The notes under the pieces are model-generated. The model had not been told where the DNA came from. It saw only the letters and a program-made list of their open reading frames with translations, and made no database searches. Shown here piece by piece: positions 13,461 to 28,836 of a DNA stretch of 64,000 nt (the stretch's first letter is position 1; the number at the start of each line of letters is the position of its first letter). Made by a program: the position numbers and the translations under genes. Location: positions 340,008,001 through 340,072,000 of the forward strand of contig OZ024740.1 of NCBI GenBank assembly GCA_964016885.1, read 5' to 3'. Source of the DNA: Eledone cirrhosa. Taxonomy: Eukaryota.

Positions 13461-14386
13461 ATATATATATACACATGTATATATATATATATATATACAT
13501 GTGTATATATATATACATGTGTATATATATATATATACATGTGTGTATATATATATACACATGTATATATATATATATACATGTGTATATATATATATAT
13601 ACATGTGTATATATATATATATACATGTGTGTATATATATATATATATATATACATATATATGTACATACATACATATATATGTACATATATACATATAT
13701 ATATACATACATATATATATACATACATATATATATACATACATATATATATATATACATACATATATATATATATATACATACATATATATATATATAT
13801 ATACATACATATATATATATACATACATATATATATATACATACATATATATATATACATACATATATATATACATACATATATATATACATACATATAT
13901 ATATATACATACATATATATATACATACATATATATATATACATACATATATATATACATACATATATATATACATACATATATATATATACATATATAT
14001 ACATATATATATATACATATATATATATACATATATATATACATATATATATATACATATATATACATATATATACATATACATATATATACATATATAT
14101 ACATATACATATATATATATATACAATATATATATATACATATATATATACATATATATATACATATATATATACATATATATATACATATATATATACA
14201 TATATATATATACATATATATATACATATATATATATACATATATATATATATACATATATATATATACATATATATATACATATATATATATATACATA
14301 TATATATATACATATATATATACATATATATATACATATATATATATACATATATATATATGTATATATATATGTATATATATATG

Positions 14387-14417
<31 letters not shown>

Positions 14418-14730
14418 GTATATATATATATGTATATATATATATGTATATATATATATGTATATATATATGTATATATATATGTATATATATATGTATA
14501 TATATATGTATATATATATATGTATATATATATATATGTATATGTATATATATGTATATATATGTATATATGTATATATATATATGTATATATATATATG
14601 TATATATATATATGTATATATATATATGTATATATATGTATATATATATATGTATGTATATATATATGTATGTATATATATATGTATGTATATATATATG
14701 TATGTATATATATATGTATATATATATATA
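13391..14730. repeat. Compound TA/TACA microsatellite array that flips orientation near 14355
   Basis: TACATA units switch to TATGTA units. Confidence 0.9.
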
Positions 14731-15085
14731 TTCTGTTGAGCTCTGCTGATGAATGATATTCCAACCGTGACCATCTCCACTGAAAGTTTTCATGAAATAG
14801 TCTTTTAAGACTATACAGAGCATTTGATGTTATTCCAAATTGAAGGATAAGTGTTTCAAACTTTGTTTTATCATGAGTTAAAGGTCTATAGATTTTTCCA
14901 TGGATTTTACTAAATTCTGTGGATGAATTTGTATCCTGATTCTCTTTTGAGATGAGTTTGAGTTATTTTTCCTAAATCTTTCGTTAACTACTTTTCCCAT
15001 CTTGACGTTATAGTCGCATATATGTTATAGAATGCCGTTAGCTTCTTGCTAAAACAATCTCTATACGTCTCATTTATATATATAC

Positions 15086-15256
<171 letters not shown>

Positions 15257-15384
15257 CATATATATATACATATATATATACATATATATATACATATATA
15301 TATACATACATATATATATACATATATATATACATACATATATATATACATATATATATACATATATATATATATACATATATA

Positions 15385-15855
15385 TAATAATAAAGTATAT
15401 ATCCCTACACGCAAAAAGCGTCCAGGGACACATGTATTGTCCAACCATATGCCAATGTGGTTTAATGGCAGGTTAATAAATTAACGAGCCAGAACATATA
15501 TAATCAAGGTTTAGGAAATAAGAAAAAGTTTCAAAATAAATTTCAAAAAATTCACTGTACTCACTATGGTTACCTTTACTGAATTGGTTCCGAGTCTCAA
15601 AAATAAATGGACAGTCCTTACGCCTTCCATTGAAAAGATAAACTCTTGGAACCAATTCAGTAAAGGTAACCATAGTGAGTACAGTGAATTTTTTAAAATT
15701 TATTTTGAAACTTTTTCTTATTTGCTAAACCTTGATTATATATGTTCTGGCTCGTTAATTTATTAACCTGCCATTGAACCACATTGGCATATGGTTGGAC
15801 AATACATGTGTCCCTGGACGCTTTTTGCATGTAGGGATATAAACTTTATTATTAT
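15385..15855. repeat. ~205-bp inverted repeat (foldback), Penelope pseudo-LTR-like
   Basis: 15385-15590 pairs with 15648-15855; part of the sequence recurs at 16079-16225. Confidence 0.85.
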
Positions 15856-16066
15856 TATTCTCCTCTTGGTCGAGATAAAATTTGGTCGTTTTGACTGCTG
15901 CTATTTATAGTGGTAGTAGACTGACCTCCCTGCCTCTGCTTCTATCTTTACACACGGCACTGGACAGAATTGCTTCCACATCATTCATTCTCATCTCGGG
16001 AACAATTTTGAATAGCGCCAGTTCGTAATTTGAACTCGGGAATTTTACATTCTCCGAGTAAAAAGA

Positions 16067-16153
16067 ACCTTCTGACGAGAATTTATCTTTTCAATGGAAG
16101 CCTGCAAGGACATTCCATTTATTTTTGAGACTCGAAACCGATTCGGTAAAGGT
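16067..16153 (+). ncRNA. Type I hammerhead ribozyme candidate
   Basis: Stem I ACCTT(16067-71)/AAGGT(16149-53); CTGACGA 16072-78; long stem II closing on GAGACTC; GAAA 16134-37; stem III CCG/CGG; GTA triplet 16146-48. Confidence 0.8.
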
Positions 16154-16347
16154 AACCATAGTGAGTACAGTGAATTTTTTGAAATTTATTTTGAAACTTT
16201 TTCTTATTTGCTAAACCTTGATTACATATATATATATACATCTATATATATATATACATACTTATATACAAGTATGAATACATATATATATACATGTATG
16301 AATACATATATATATACATGTATGTATACATGTATATATACATGTAT

Positions 16348-19047
16348 GTCATCATCATCATCATCACCGTTTTACGTCCGTTCTTCCACGCTAGCATGGG
16401 TTAGACGGGTTGTCCTGTTGTGGGCAGTGTCTGGTCGGCTGACCATGCCTTGCTCATACAGGAACTGATCTGGCTTGATTTCTACAGCTGGATGCCCTTC
16501 CTAACACCAACCTCATTTACAGTGAGTGCTGGGTGCTTTTTCGTGGCGCCTACACGTCCACTTTACAGTGTGGGCTGGGTGCTTTTTTGCCGTGGCACCT
16601 CCACGACCACCTTGCGGTGGGGGGGGGGGCATATTGTTTATATGCTTCAGCATGTACCCATGGGAGGTCGGGTACCCTGTATTACTGCGTGACGCCAGAA
16701 GTCACGGTCGTGTGTCATTGACTTTGAGAGGTGTAGTTGGGTAAGGTCGGCTTTTATCACCTCATCCCAAGTCATCTTGGGTCTCCCCACTCCACGGTTT
16801 CCATCAACTTCTAGTGCTCTGCACCTTTTTATGCAGCTGTCATCCTTCATACGCATCACATGTCCATACCAGCGTAACCGCCTCTCCTGCACGCAGCATT
16901 TGATTCCTCTTATGCACAGTCTCTCTCTCAATTCCTTTATGCTTTGTCGTTCACGTATATTACTGTTACACATCCATCGGAGCATGCAGGCTTCGTTTCT
17001 CTCTAATCTACGTAAGTCTTCCACCTTCAGCGCCCAGGTCTCACTATCATGCAACATCGCTGTTCGGATACACGCATCATACAGTCTGCCTTTCATTCTG
17101 AGGGAGAAGCCTTTTGCAGCTAGCAGTGGTAGTAGTTCCCTAAACTTCTTCCATCCCGTTCTTACCCTAGTTATTGTACTTTCTGAGCACCCACCTCCGT
17201 TGCTAATTCGGTCACCTAGGTAGCAGAAGCTGTCTACTGTTTCTACAGGGCCCTCCCAGAGATTGGTGGTACTTGTTTCCTGTGGCTGTTTGCTTGCTGT
17301 TTCAGCACAGCTGCTGCATGTGAATCCTACATTCTTAATTAAGCTTCCTGAGATCCCGCTACATCTCTTGTGTACCCATTGTTTGCATTTGGGGCAGAGA
17401 ATGGAGTTCCTACCTACACCTTTCCTACATACTGAGCAAGGCCATTTCCCTGAGGGGATCTGGGTTCTGTTTTCTCGTCTACTTATAAGGACCTTAGTCT
17501 TTGTCATGTTGACTTTGAGGCCCTTTCTCTCTAGTCCCTGCTTCCAGGTTTGGAATTTATTCTCTAGTTCTACCATAGATTCAGCTATGAGTGCGAGGTC
17601 ATCAGCATACAGGAGTTCCCATGGGCATCCGGTCTTAAACTCCTCCGTTATTGCCTGCAGGACTATGATGAACAGGAGAGGGCTAAGAACAGAGCCCTGG
17701 TGGACCCCAACCTGTACGCTAAATTCCTCGCTATACTCATTGCCAATCCTAACTTTGCTGACTGCTCCCCTATACATGGCTTGTACCGCTTTCACAAGCC
17801 ATTCATCTACTCCTAGTTTTCTAAGAGCCCACCAGATTACTGCACGTGGAACTCTGTCAAAGGCTTTCTCAAGGTCGACAAATGCCAAGTAGAGTGGCTT
17901 ACTTTTAGCTAGGTACTTTTCCTGTAATTGCCTCACAAGGAAGAGGGCATCAGTGGTGCCTTTCCCTGGTACAAACCCAAATTGCATCTCGTCTATATTC
18001 ACCCGGTCCCTAATCAGCTGTGCTATAACTCTTTCTGTTACTTTCATGACCTGGTCCATCAACTTTATACCTCTATAGTTTCCTCTATCTAGTGCATCGC
18101 CTTTACCTTTGTAGCAGTTGACAATGATGCTACTGCACCAATCTTTTGGTATGGCCCCCTCTAGTATTACCTGGTTAACGATACGTGTGGTTATAGTGTG
18201 ACCTACAGACCCAGATGCCTTCAGCATCTCGGCAGCTATACCCGATGGACCGGTTGCCTTCCCTATCTTCATATCTCTGATTGCCTTACTTACTACGCTG
18301 CCGCTGACTTGTACTGCTGGTCCCTCTATAGGGTCTACGTGGGGTAGGGTCTCTTCTTCCCATGCATTCTCCTCATTTAGTAATCTATCATAATGACTCT
18401 TCCATGCATCTTTCTTCTCAGCACTTGTGAGGGCAAGCTCACCTTTATCATTCCGGATACACTTCTCTCCAATGACATCACAACTATCTCTGACACACTG
18501 CCTCGCAATCTTGAATACCTCCTGTTTCTGGTCCTCACGTTGTAAAACATGCTTGAATTTTCTATCCTCTGCTTCCCTCCTAGCTAAGTATACTTGTCGC
18601 CTAGCTTCCCTCTTGGTCTCTATGTAATGTACCCAGCTCCCCCCGTTCTTCCATTCTTTCCATGCCTGTCTCTTGGCCTTGACTGCTTCATCTACCTTAT
18701 TGTTCCACCACTAAGTCACTCTCCTCCTGCTTGAGGTCTTACTCCAGCCACAAACCTCATCCGTCGCCTCTAGTAAGTTATTTTTTAGGAACTCCCAGTT
18801 CTCTTCTACGTTAAATGTCTCTATCTGTTCTTCTTTACTGTCGTAGGCGTTGAGTAAAATATCTTTAAATCTGTTACTGGTTGAGGGGACTTTCAGCTTC
18901 CAGATCTTTCTTCTCCAGGTTGGCCTCTGTTTCAGGGCTCGTCTAGTTCTGACCATGAGGTCGCTGACAACTAAGCTATGTTGGGATGTACATTCCTCAC
19001 TAGGGAAGGCTTTTGTGTTTACGACCGTCCATCTGTCACGTCCTCTG
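16348..19047 (-). mobile_element. RTE LINE family B, 5'-truncated
   Basis: 541-aa ORF 16647-18272 with QFGF, DLEKAFD, YADD and C4HC3 finger; endonuclease C-terminal part upstream with stop/frameshift; (GAT)n tail at ~16350. Confidence 0.95.
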
Positions 19048-19223
19048 ATGTATACATGTATATATACATATATATGTATATATACATATATATATACATA
19101 TATATATACATATATATATATACATGTATATATACATATATATATATACATGTATATATACATATATATATATATATACATGTATATATACATATATATA
19201 TATACATGTATATATACATGTTG

Positions 19224-19343
19224 TGAAGGCGTGTGGCTGAGTGGTTAGAGTATTGGATTCACAATCGTGAGGTTGTGAGTTCGATTCCTGAACCAGGCGA
19301 TGCGTTATGTCCTTGAGCAAGACACTTTATTTCACGTTGCTCC
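19224..19343 (+). mobile_element. tRNA-derived SINE head with CORE-like segment
   Basis: A box TGGCTGAGTGG, B box GTTCGATTCC, then GTCCTTGAGCAAGACACTT. Confidence 0.75.
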
Positions 19344-19787
19344 TTCTACCTGGAGTTGCGACCGATAGATAGTATTAGCAATTGGAAAGACCAACGGAAA
19401 CATAGTTTCCTCGGTCCGATTTGACGAAAGTCGATCGACTAGAATATATACATGTATATATACATATATATATATACATGTATATATACATATATATATA
19501 TATATACACATGTATATATACATATATATATATATACACATGTATATATACATATATATATATATACACATGTATATATACATATATATATATACATGTA
19601 TATATACATATATATATATACATGTATATATACATATATATATATACATGTATATATACATATATATATATACATGTATATATACATATATATATATACA
19701 TGTATATATACATGTATATATACATATATATATACATGTCTATAAATATATATATATATACACATATATATATACATGTATATATAC

Positions 19788-20442
19788 GAATGTTGACAAA
19801 TGCTCAAAACTCCGAGTTAGAACCATCAATGTAAGCACAATGAAAGGAAGAGCAGGAGAAATTGTAGAGATGCTAGAGCGAAAGGAATTGGTGTATGCTG
19901 TGTGCAAGAGACTAGATGGAGAGGAGAGTCTGCTAGAGTCCTTGTAGACAAATGTCAGTGCTACAAATTATTCTGGGTAGGAAATGGCGATGGGATGGGA
20001 GCGGTAGGTATACTATTAGCTGACAAATGGGTAGATAAGGTAATCTCAGTTATACAGAAGACCCAACTTCCCACGGGTACGAGCCGAAGCTGATGCATAT
20101 AGACAATATGTCCCTACCACCTCCCACTGCAAAGTAGTTATGGAAGTACCACGGCAAAAAAGTACCCAGCCCATACTGTAAAGTGGACGTGTAGGCGCCA
20201 TGGAAAAAAGCACCCAGCACTCACTGTAAATGAGGTTGGTGTTAGATAAAATAATAATGAAATTATTGTGTAAAGTGCTCAGGTGCACTACAACTGGGAA
20301 AGGCATCCAGCTGTAGAAATCAAGCCAGAATCAGTTCCTGTATGAGCAAGGCATTGTCAGCCGACCGGACACTGCCCACAACAGGACAACCCGTCTAACC
20401 CATGCTAGCGTGGAAGAACGGACGTAAAATGGTGATGATGAT
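19788..20442 (+). mobile_element. Internally deleted RTE (endonuclease N-terminus fused to ORF end and 3' UTR)
   Basis: [40 protein letters not shown] joined directly to IQKTQLP and the family B 3' UTR. Confidence 0.85.
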
Positions 20443-20477
20443 ACATATTTATATATACATATATATATATATGTATA

Positions 20478-20803
20478 TACAGAGTACCCGACCTCCCATG
20501 GGTACAAGCTGAAGCATATAGACAATATGCCCCCACACCCTCCCACTGCAAGGTGGTCGTGGAGGTACCACGGCAAAAAAGCACCCAGCCCACACTGTAA
20601 AGTGGACATGTAGATGCCACGAAAAAGCACCCAGCACTCACTGTAAATGTGGTTGGTGTTAGGAAGCGTATCCAGCTGTAGAAATCAAGCCAAATCAGTT
20701 CCTGTATGGGCAAGGCATGGCCAGACGACCAGACACTGCCCACAACAGGACAACCCATCTAACCCATGCTATGTGGAAGAACGGACGTAAAACGGTGATG
20801 ATG
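20478..20803 (+). mobile_element. RTE family B 3' UTR fragment
   Basis: Matches the 3' UTR of the 16348-19047 copy; (GAT)n tail. Confidence 0.85.
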
Positions 20804-23388
<2,585 letters not shown>

Positions 23389-24435
23389 CCTTGTTCATTA
23401 TAGTCCTCCAAGCCATAACAGAGGAGTTTAAGACTGGCTGTCCATGGGAACTTCTCTATGCTGACGATCTGGCTCTTATAGCAGAATCAGTAGAGGAGCT
23501 AGAGAATAAATTCCGGCTATGGAAACAGCAGTTGGAAGCAAGAGGACTGAGAGTAAATCTAGCTAAGACAAAAGTGTTGATGAGTAGAAAAGAGGACAAA
23601 ACCCTGATTCCGTCAGGGAAATGGCCATGTTCGATATACAGAAAAGGAACTGGCATATATTCTATAAAATGCACACAATGCAGGTCCTGGGTACACAAGA
23701 GATGTAGCGGGATAGCAGGCAAACTAACAGGTAGGGAGAAATATGTATGCAGTAGATGTACAGGGAAATTAGACAGTAGATGTCGCACTGATAGACACAT
23801 TATTCAAATGCGAGAGGGCGCTATAGAAGTGGTGGATAGCTTCCGGTACCTAGGAGATCAGATTAGCATGGGAGGAGGTTGTTCCGAGGCCATAGTATCT
23901 AGAATAAGGACGGGTTGGAAGAAGTTTAGGGAGCTGCTTCCTCTGTTGACGAAGAAGGGTTTCTCCCTGCGTACGAAAGGCCGGTTGTATGATGCCTGTG
24001 TGAGGAGCGCGATGCTGCATGGTAGTGAGACATGGGCAGCAACCGCAGAGGATATGCGACGGCTGGAGAGAAGTGAGGCAAGCATGCTCCATTGGATGTG
24101 CAGTGTAAATGTGCGTGAACGACCCAGCATAAATGTGTTGAGAGAGAAACTGTGTCTGAGAGGGATAGAATGTAGTGTACGGGAGAGGAGACTGAGGTGG
24201 TATGGACATGTGATGCACATGGAGGATGACCGATGGGTGAAGAAGTGCCAGGAAATGCCAGTTGAAGGAAGACGTGGTAGAGGTAGACCACGAAAAACAT
24301 GGGCGGAGGTGGTGAGAACAGACCTCAGATCATTGAAGCTCACGGTGGAGATGACGAGGGATCGTGATGAGTGGAGAGATGCTGTGCTGAATAAGACCCG
24401 TCCCACCCTTGCAAGCAGGGAAAAGCGGACGTAAA

Positions 24436-24470
<35 letters not shown>
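23389..24470 (+). mobile_element. RTE LINE family C, 3' portion with very short 3' UTR
   Basis: [39 protein letters not shown]..; stop at 24434 followed immediately by (GAT)n. Confidence 0.92.
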
Positions 24471-24794
24471 ATGTATATATATATATATCCATATATATAT
24501 GTATATATATATATAGAGATATCCATGTATATATATACATATATACATGTATATATACATATATATATATACATATATACATACATATATACATACATAT
24601 ATACATGTATATATACATATATATATACATATATACATGTATATATACATATATATACATATATACATGTATATACACATATATATATATACATATATAC
24701 ATGTATACATACATACATATATACATATATACATGTATACATACATACATATATACATATATACATGTATACATACATACATATATACATATAT

Positions 24795-25020
24795 ACAGTC
24801 CACGCTGTAATGTGGCCGTGTAGGCAACACGGTAAAAACCTCCCAGACCCACACTGTAAATGTGGTTGGTGTTAGGAAGGGCATCCAACTGTAGAAAACC
24901 TGCCAGACAGTCCTATGCGAGCAAGACAATCACTCTTGCCTCAAGTGGGACTACCCCCGTCCAAACCCATGCAAGCGTGGAACACGGACGTTAAACGCTG
25001 ATGATGATGATGATGATGAT
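24795..25020 (+). mobile_element. RTE family A 3' UTR fragment
   Basis: Near-identical to 13163-13390. Confidence 0.9.
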
Positions 25021-25269
25021 ATATACATGTATACATATATACATGTATACATACATATATATATATACATATATACATACATATATATATATACATATAT
25101 ACATGTATATATACATATATATATACATATATATATACATATATACATATATATATACATATATACATGTATATTTACATATATATATACATATATACAT
25201 GTATATATACATATATATACATATATACATGTATATATATATATATACATATATACATGTATATATATA

Positions 25270-25624
25270 TTTAGCAGCATAGTATACAAATGTTATTGAG
25301 ACACGAGTAACATAATAATGATGTCAACAGCAGAAATTAGAGATGAAATGTATGTTTATTTTTGTTGTAGCACAAATAATGTTTGTTAACTTGTATGGTT
25401 GAAGTTACACATAAAATGAGGTTACAAAATGGAATGGGCCATTATGCTGGAAAGCCGGCAGGCCAAAGTGCAAAATCTCACCGTCACATGTTGTACGTGG
25501 TGCGAGAGAGAGATTCTTCAAATTTTCGCAGGGATACATCCTCTTCTACTGGCGTTGATTGGCTGAGCTGAGCCAAATCACGCACAGAGAATGTATGTGA
25601 GCCCGCGGAATGTAGGTCACTACA
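25270..25624 (-). mobile_element. Solo LTR with internal deletions, same family as 40601-43443
   Basis: Shares GAGACACGAGTAACATAATAATG..GCCAAATCACGCACAGAGAATG..GGTCACTACA and starts TTTAGCAG. Confidence 0.8.
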
Positions 25625-25709
25625 TATATATAAATGTATATATATATAAATGTATATATATATAAATGTATATATATATATATAAATGTATATATATATA
25701 TATATATAA

Positions 25710-25750
<41 letters not shown>

Positions 25751-26170
25751 ACAAGTTATGCCTTTCAGCGAATTACACAAATATAGATGGTGTTGCGGAG
25801 ACTGAGGGTGGGGTTTAGGCAGCCTGTTACTAACTCATAGATGGGACAAGGTGCACCCATGCTGACTTAGTTGGGCAAGAATGAGGAATTCAAGGATAAA
25901 TTTTGGCAATGCAGGAAAGGGAGGAAAGGAGAAATTTGTGTGGGAGAGATGGAAGGGAGAGTAAGTGTTCGACCATAGGGTGGCCTTGGAAAGAGAAGGA
26001 GAAAGATTGAGCAAACAGTGTCTGGCAGTACAGTGAATGTGCATCACCTTTGGGTAGGATGAGGGAGGAGGAGGAGGCAGAGATGTGAAACCTAGGTGAG
26101 CAAAGAAGAGATCAAGTGTGACAGATGTTTCTTTTTTTAAAAAGAAGTTAATTATAATAGGAAACTATAC

Positions 26171-26236
26171 CTTTTCTCATAGATTCATAGTGATAATGGC
26201 ATGGGATTCGGTCTCGTAGATTAAATTCATCTGTTT
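26171..26236 (-). CDS. Host gene exon ((K)TDEFNLRDRIPCHYHYESMRK)
   Basis: ttttacttttatctttaacAG acceptor, AG|GTATAG donor, 66 nt, symmetric phase 1, open frame. Confidence 0.85.
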
Positions 26237-26888
26237 CTGTTAAAGATAAAAGTAAAATAGAATTACAACTGTTTGGCATAGTTGATTATATTGACCTCAG
26301 CATTTGATGGATACTACAAACTCAGAGATTAAAGAAGCACACCTAAATACCATAAAGTATTTTTTCTAGTGTGGTACTGATTCAACTAATCAACCACACT
26401 TCTTAATAATATTAGCATTGTAACAATGTATGATATATCTATCGTGTGTGTGGGGGGGGGGGGGGGGGTGTAATGTTCTCATCCTTATTATTGCTTTTAC
26501 TATTAGTAATACTTTCAGTTTTTTCGTTTAATCAATTTTACTTTTAATAACATCATTTTAATAACATTTTCCATACATGGTAGTTGGAAATCATTCGGCT
26601 ATTCTAAAAAGAATATTTTTCAAAGCAAAACTATGCTTTTTTCATAGCAAGAAATTGTTCTTCTCACTCCACATAATGACGTAATTATCCTCACATATTT
26701 TTCGCCTATTGCCAAAGAATCTCTTCCTGTTTTTTTGGGGTTGTAATGTTTTTTGAAATATTTACTTCTGTGTCTACAGATTGATTTATTTCAGAAGATC
26801 CCATAAAGGATGAAAGCAAAAATTTTTTGCTTAAACTTTAATTTGTACTACTAATAAATATATATGTGCGTATCTATATGTGTGTGTA

Positions 26889-27040
<152 letters not shown>

Positions 27041-27077
27041 AGGGTGTTAAAGTTTGCTTGAAGCATTGTGAAATATG

Positions 27078-27457
27078 TAAAATATGTAGTTTAGAAAGCC
27101 ACAACAAGGCAGATGGGAAATCTCGAGGTAGGAAGTGAGTGAGAAATAGGAGAAAAGTGAAAATTGAGAGAAACGAAAAAACGAAAACAAAACAAAGGTA
27201 GAAGGGTTACCATAGTGGAAATTTAATCCCAATATTTCGGGCTCACGCCCATCAACGGGGGGAAAGTTCCAAAAGGGGGGGAACAGGCTAAGCCGGAGAA
27301 AGTTGTATTGTCGTTAAAACATAGGAATGCCGTTATAATGGCATTCCTATGTTTTAACGACAATACAACTTTTCTCCTATTTCTCCTATTTCTCACTCAC
27401 TTCCTACCTCGAGATTTCCCATCTGCATTGTTGTGGCTTTCTAAACTACATATTTTA
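27078..27457. mobile_element. Foldback element with degenerate minimal hammerhead-like motif (Penelope-type remnant)
   Basis: Arms ~27078-27155 and ~27380-27457; inner palindrome 27296-27377; minus-strand CCGTTGATGGGC-GTGA-GCCCGAAATATTGGGA at 27227-27262. Confidence 0.55.
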
Positions 27458-27481
27458 TATATATATATGTGTGTGTATATA

Positions 27482-27532
<51 letters not shown>

Positions 27533-27815
27533 ATATATATATATATATGTGTGTCTGTATATATATATATGTGTGTCTGTATATATATATATATATATGT
27601 GTGTCTGTATATATATATATATATGTGTGTCTGTATATATATATATATATATGTGTGTCTGTATATATATATATGTGTGTCTGTATATATATATATATAT
27701 ATGTGTGTCTGTATATATATATATATATATGTGTGTCTGTATATATATATATATATGTGTGTCTGTATATATATATATATATGTGTGTCTGTATATATAT
27801 ATATATATATGTGTG

Positions 27816-27876
<61 letters not shown>

Positions 27877-27935
27877 CTGTATATATATATATATATATGT
27901 GTGTCTGTATATATATATATATATGTGTGTGTATG

Positions 27936-27968
<33 letters not shown>

Positions 27969-28015
27969 CTGTATATATATATATATGTGTGTCTGTATAT
28001 ATATATATATGTGTG

Positions 28016-28062
<47 letters not shown>

Positions 28063-28077
28063 CTGTATATATATATA

Positions 28078-28112
<35 letters not shown>

Positions 28113-28155
28113 ATATATATATATATATATATATCTGTCTGTCTGTCTGCCTGTC

Positions 28156-28188
<33 letters not shown>
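27458..28188. repeat. Compound (TA)n-GTGTGTCTG array, then (CTGT)n and (GT)n
   Basis: Direct reading. Confidence 0.9.
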
Positions 28189-28190
<2 letters not shown>

Positions 28191-28836
28191 GGATATGTAT
28201 ATATATTTGAAATGTACGCCCTGATGCGAATGACCATAATAGTCAATCCCTATAAATAAGCAATAAAATTGCGTAATGTATTCCCGGAGATGAAAAGAAG
28301 TGGACAGAGGCACTTACAAGGAATCAGACCCTACATCTCTGAGGTGCCAAGTAAGTGGGTTAACCACCACCCTAAAGTGCCACTGGCCAACATTTCCGCC
28401 TTTTAAGATTTAAAGCTTTTAAAAAGACAGAATTAATGGCCAGCAATTCTTTAGAACAATGGTTAACACACTCACCTTGCACCAAAGAAATATGGGGCTC
28501 AATTCCACACAGTTGTCTCTGCTCACTTCTTTTCATATCCAGGGGTACTTAATAAATTTTCTCAAATATTATTTATAGTGATTGACAATTATTGTGGTCA
28601 CTTGTATTGGGATGTACACATTTAAAATTTCAATTGTTCCCACTTTGTTTACACACACACACACACACATATTAAATCAAACATGACCATCGTGGCTTCC
28701 AGTAGTTTACGTGTAGTATTGACCTAGATATGCAAAATGTGAAATATATACTATCTATATATATACCAATTATAATGTAAGTAGAATTGCATTTTCCTTT
28801 AAATGTATTTTTGCTTACTATACTTTGTTTTACTAT

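Noticed and set aside
19226-19300. Functional tRNA gene
   Set aside because: The acceptor stem does not pair well and the sequence continues into a SINE body rather than a poly-T terminator.
28215-28250. Hammerhead-like CTGATGCG..GAC..GTC
   Set aside because: Core mutated, with no GAAA or stem III.
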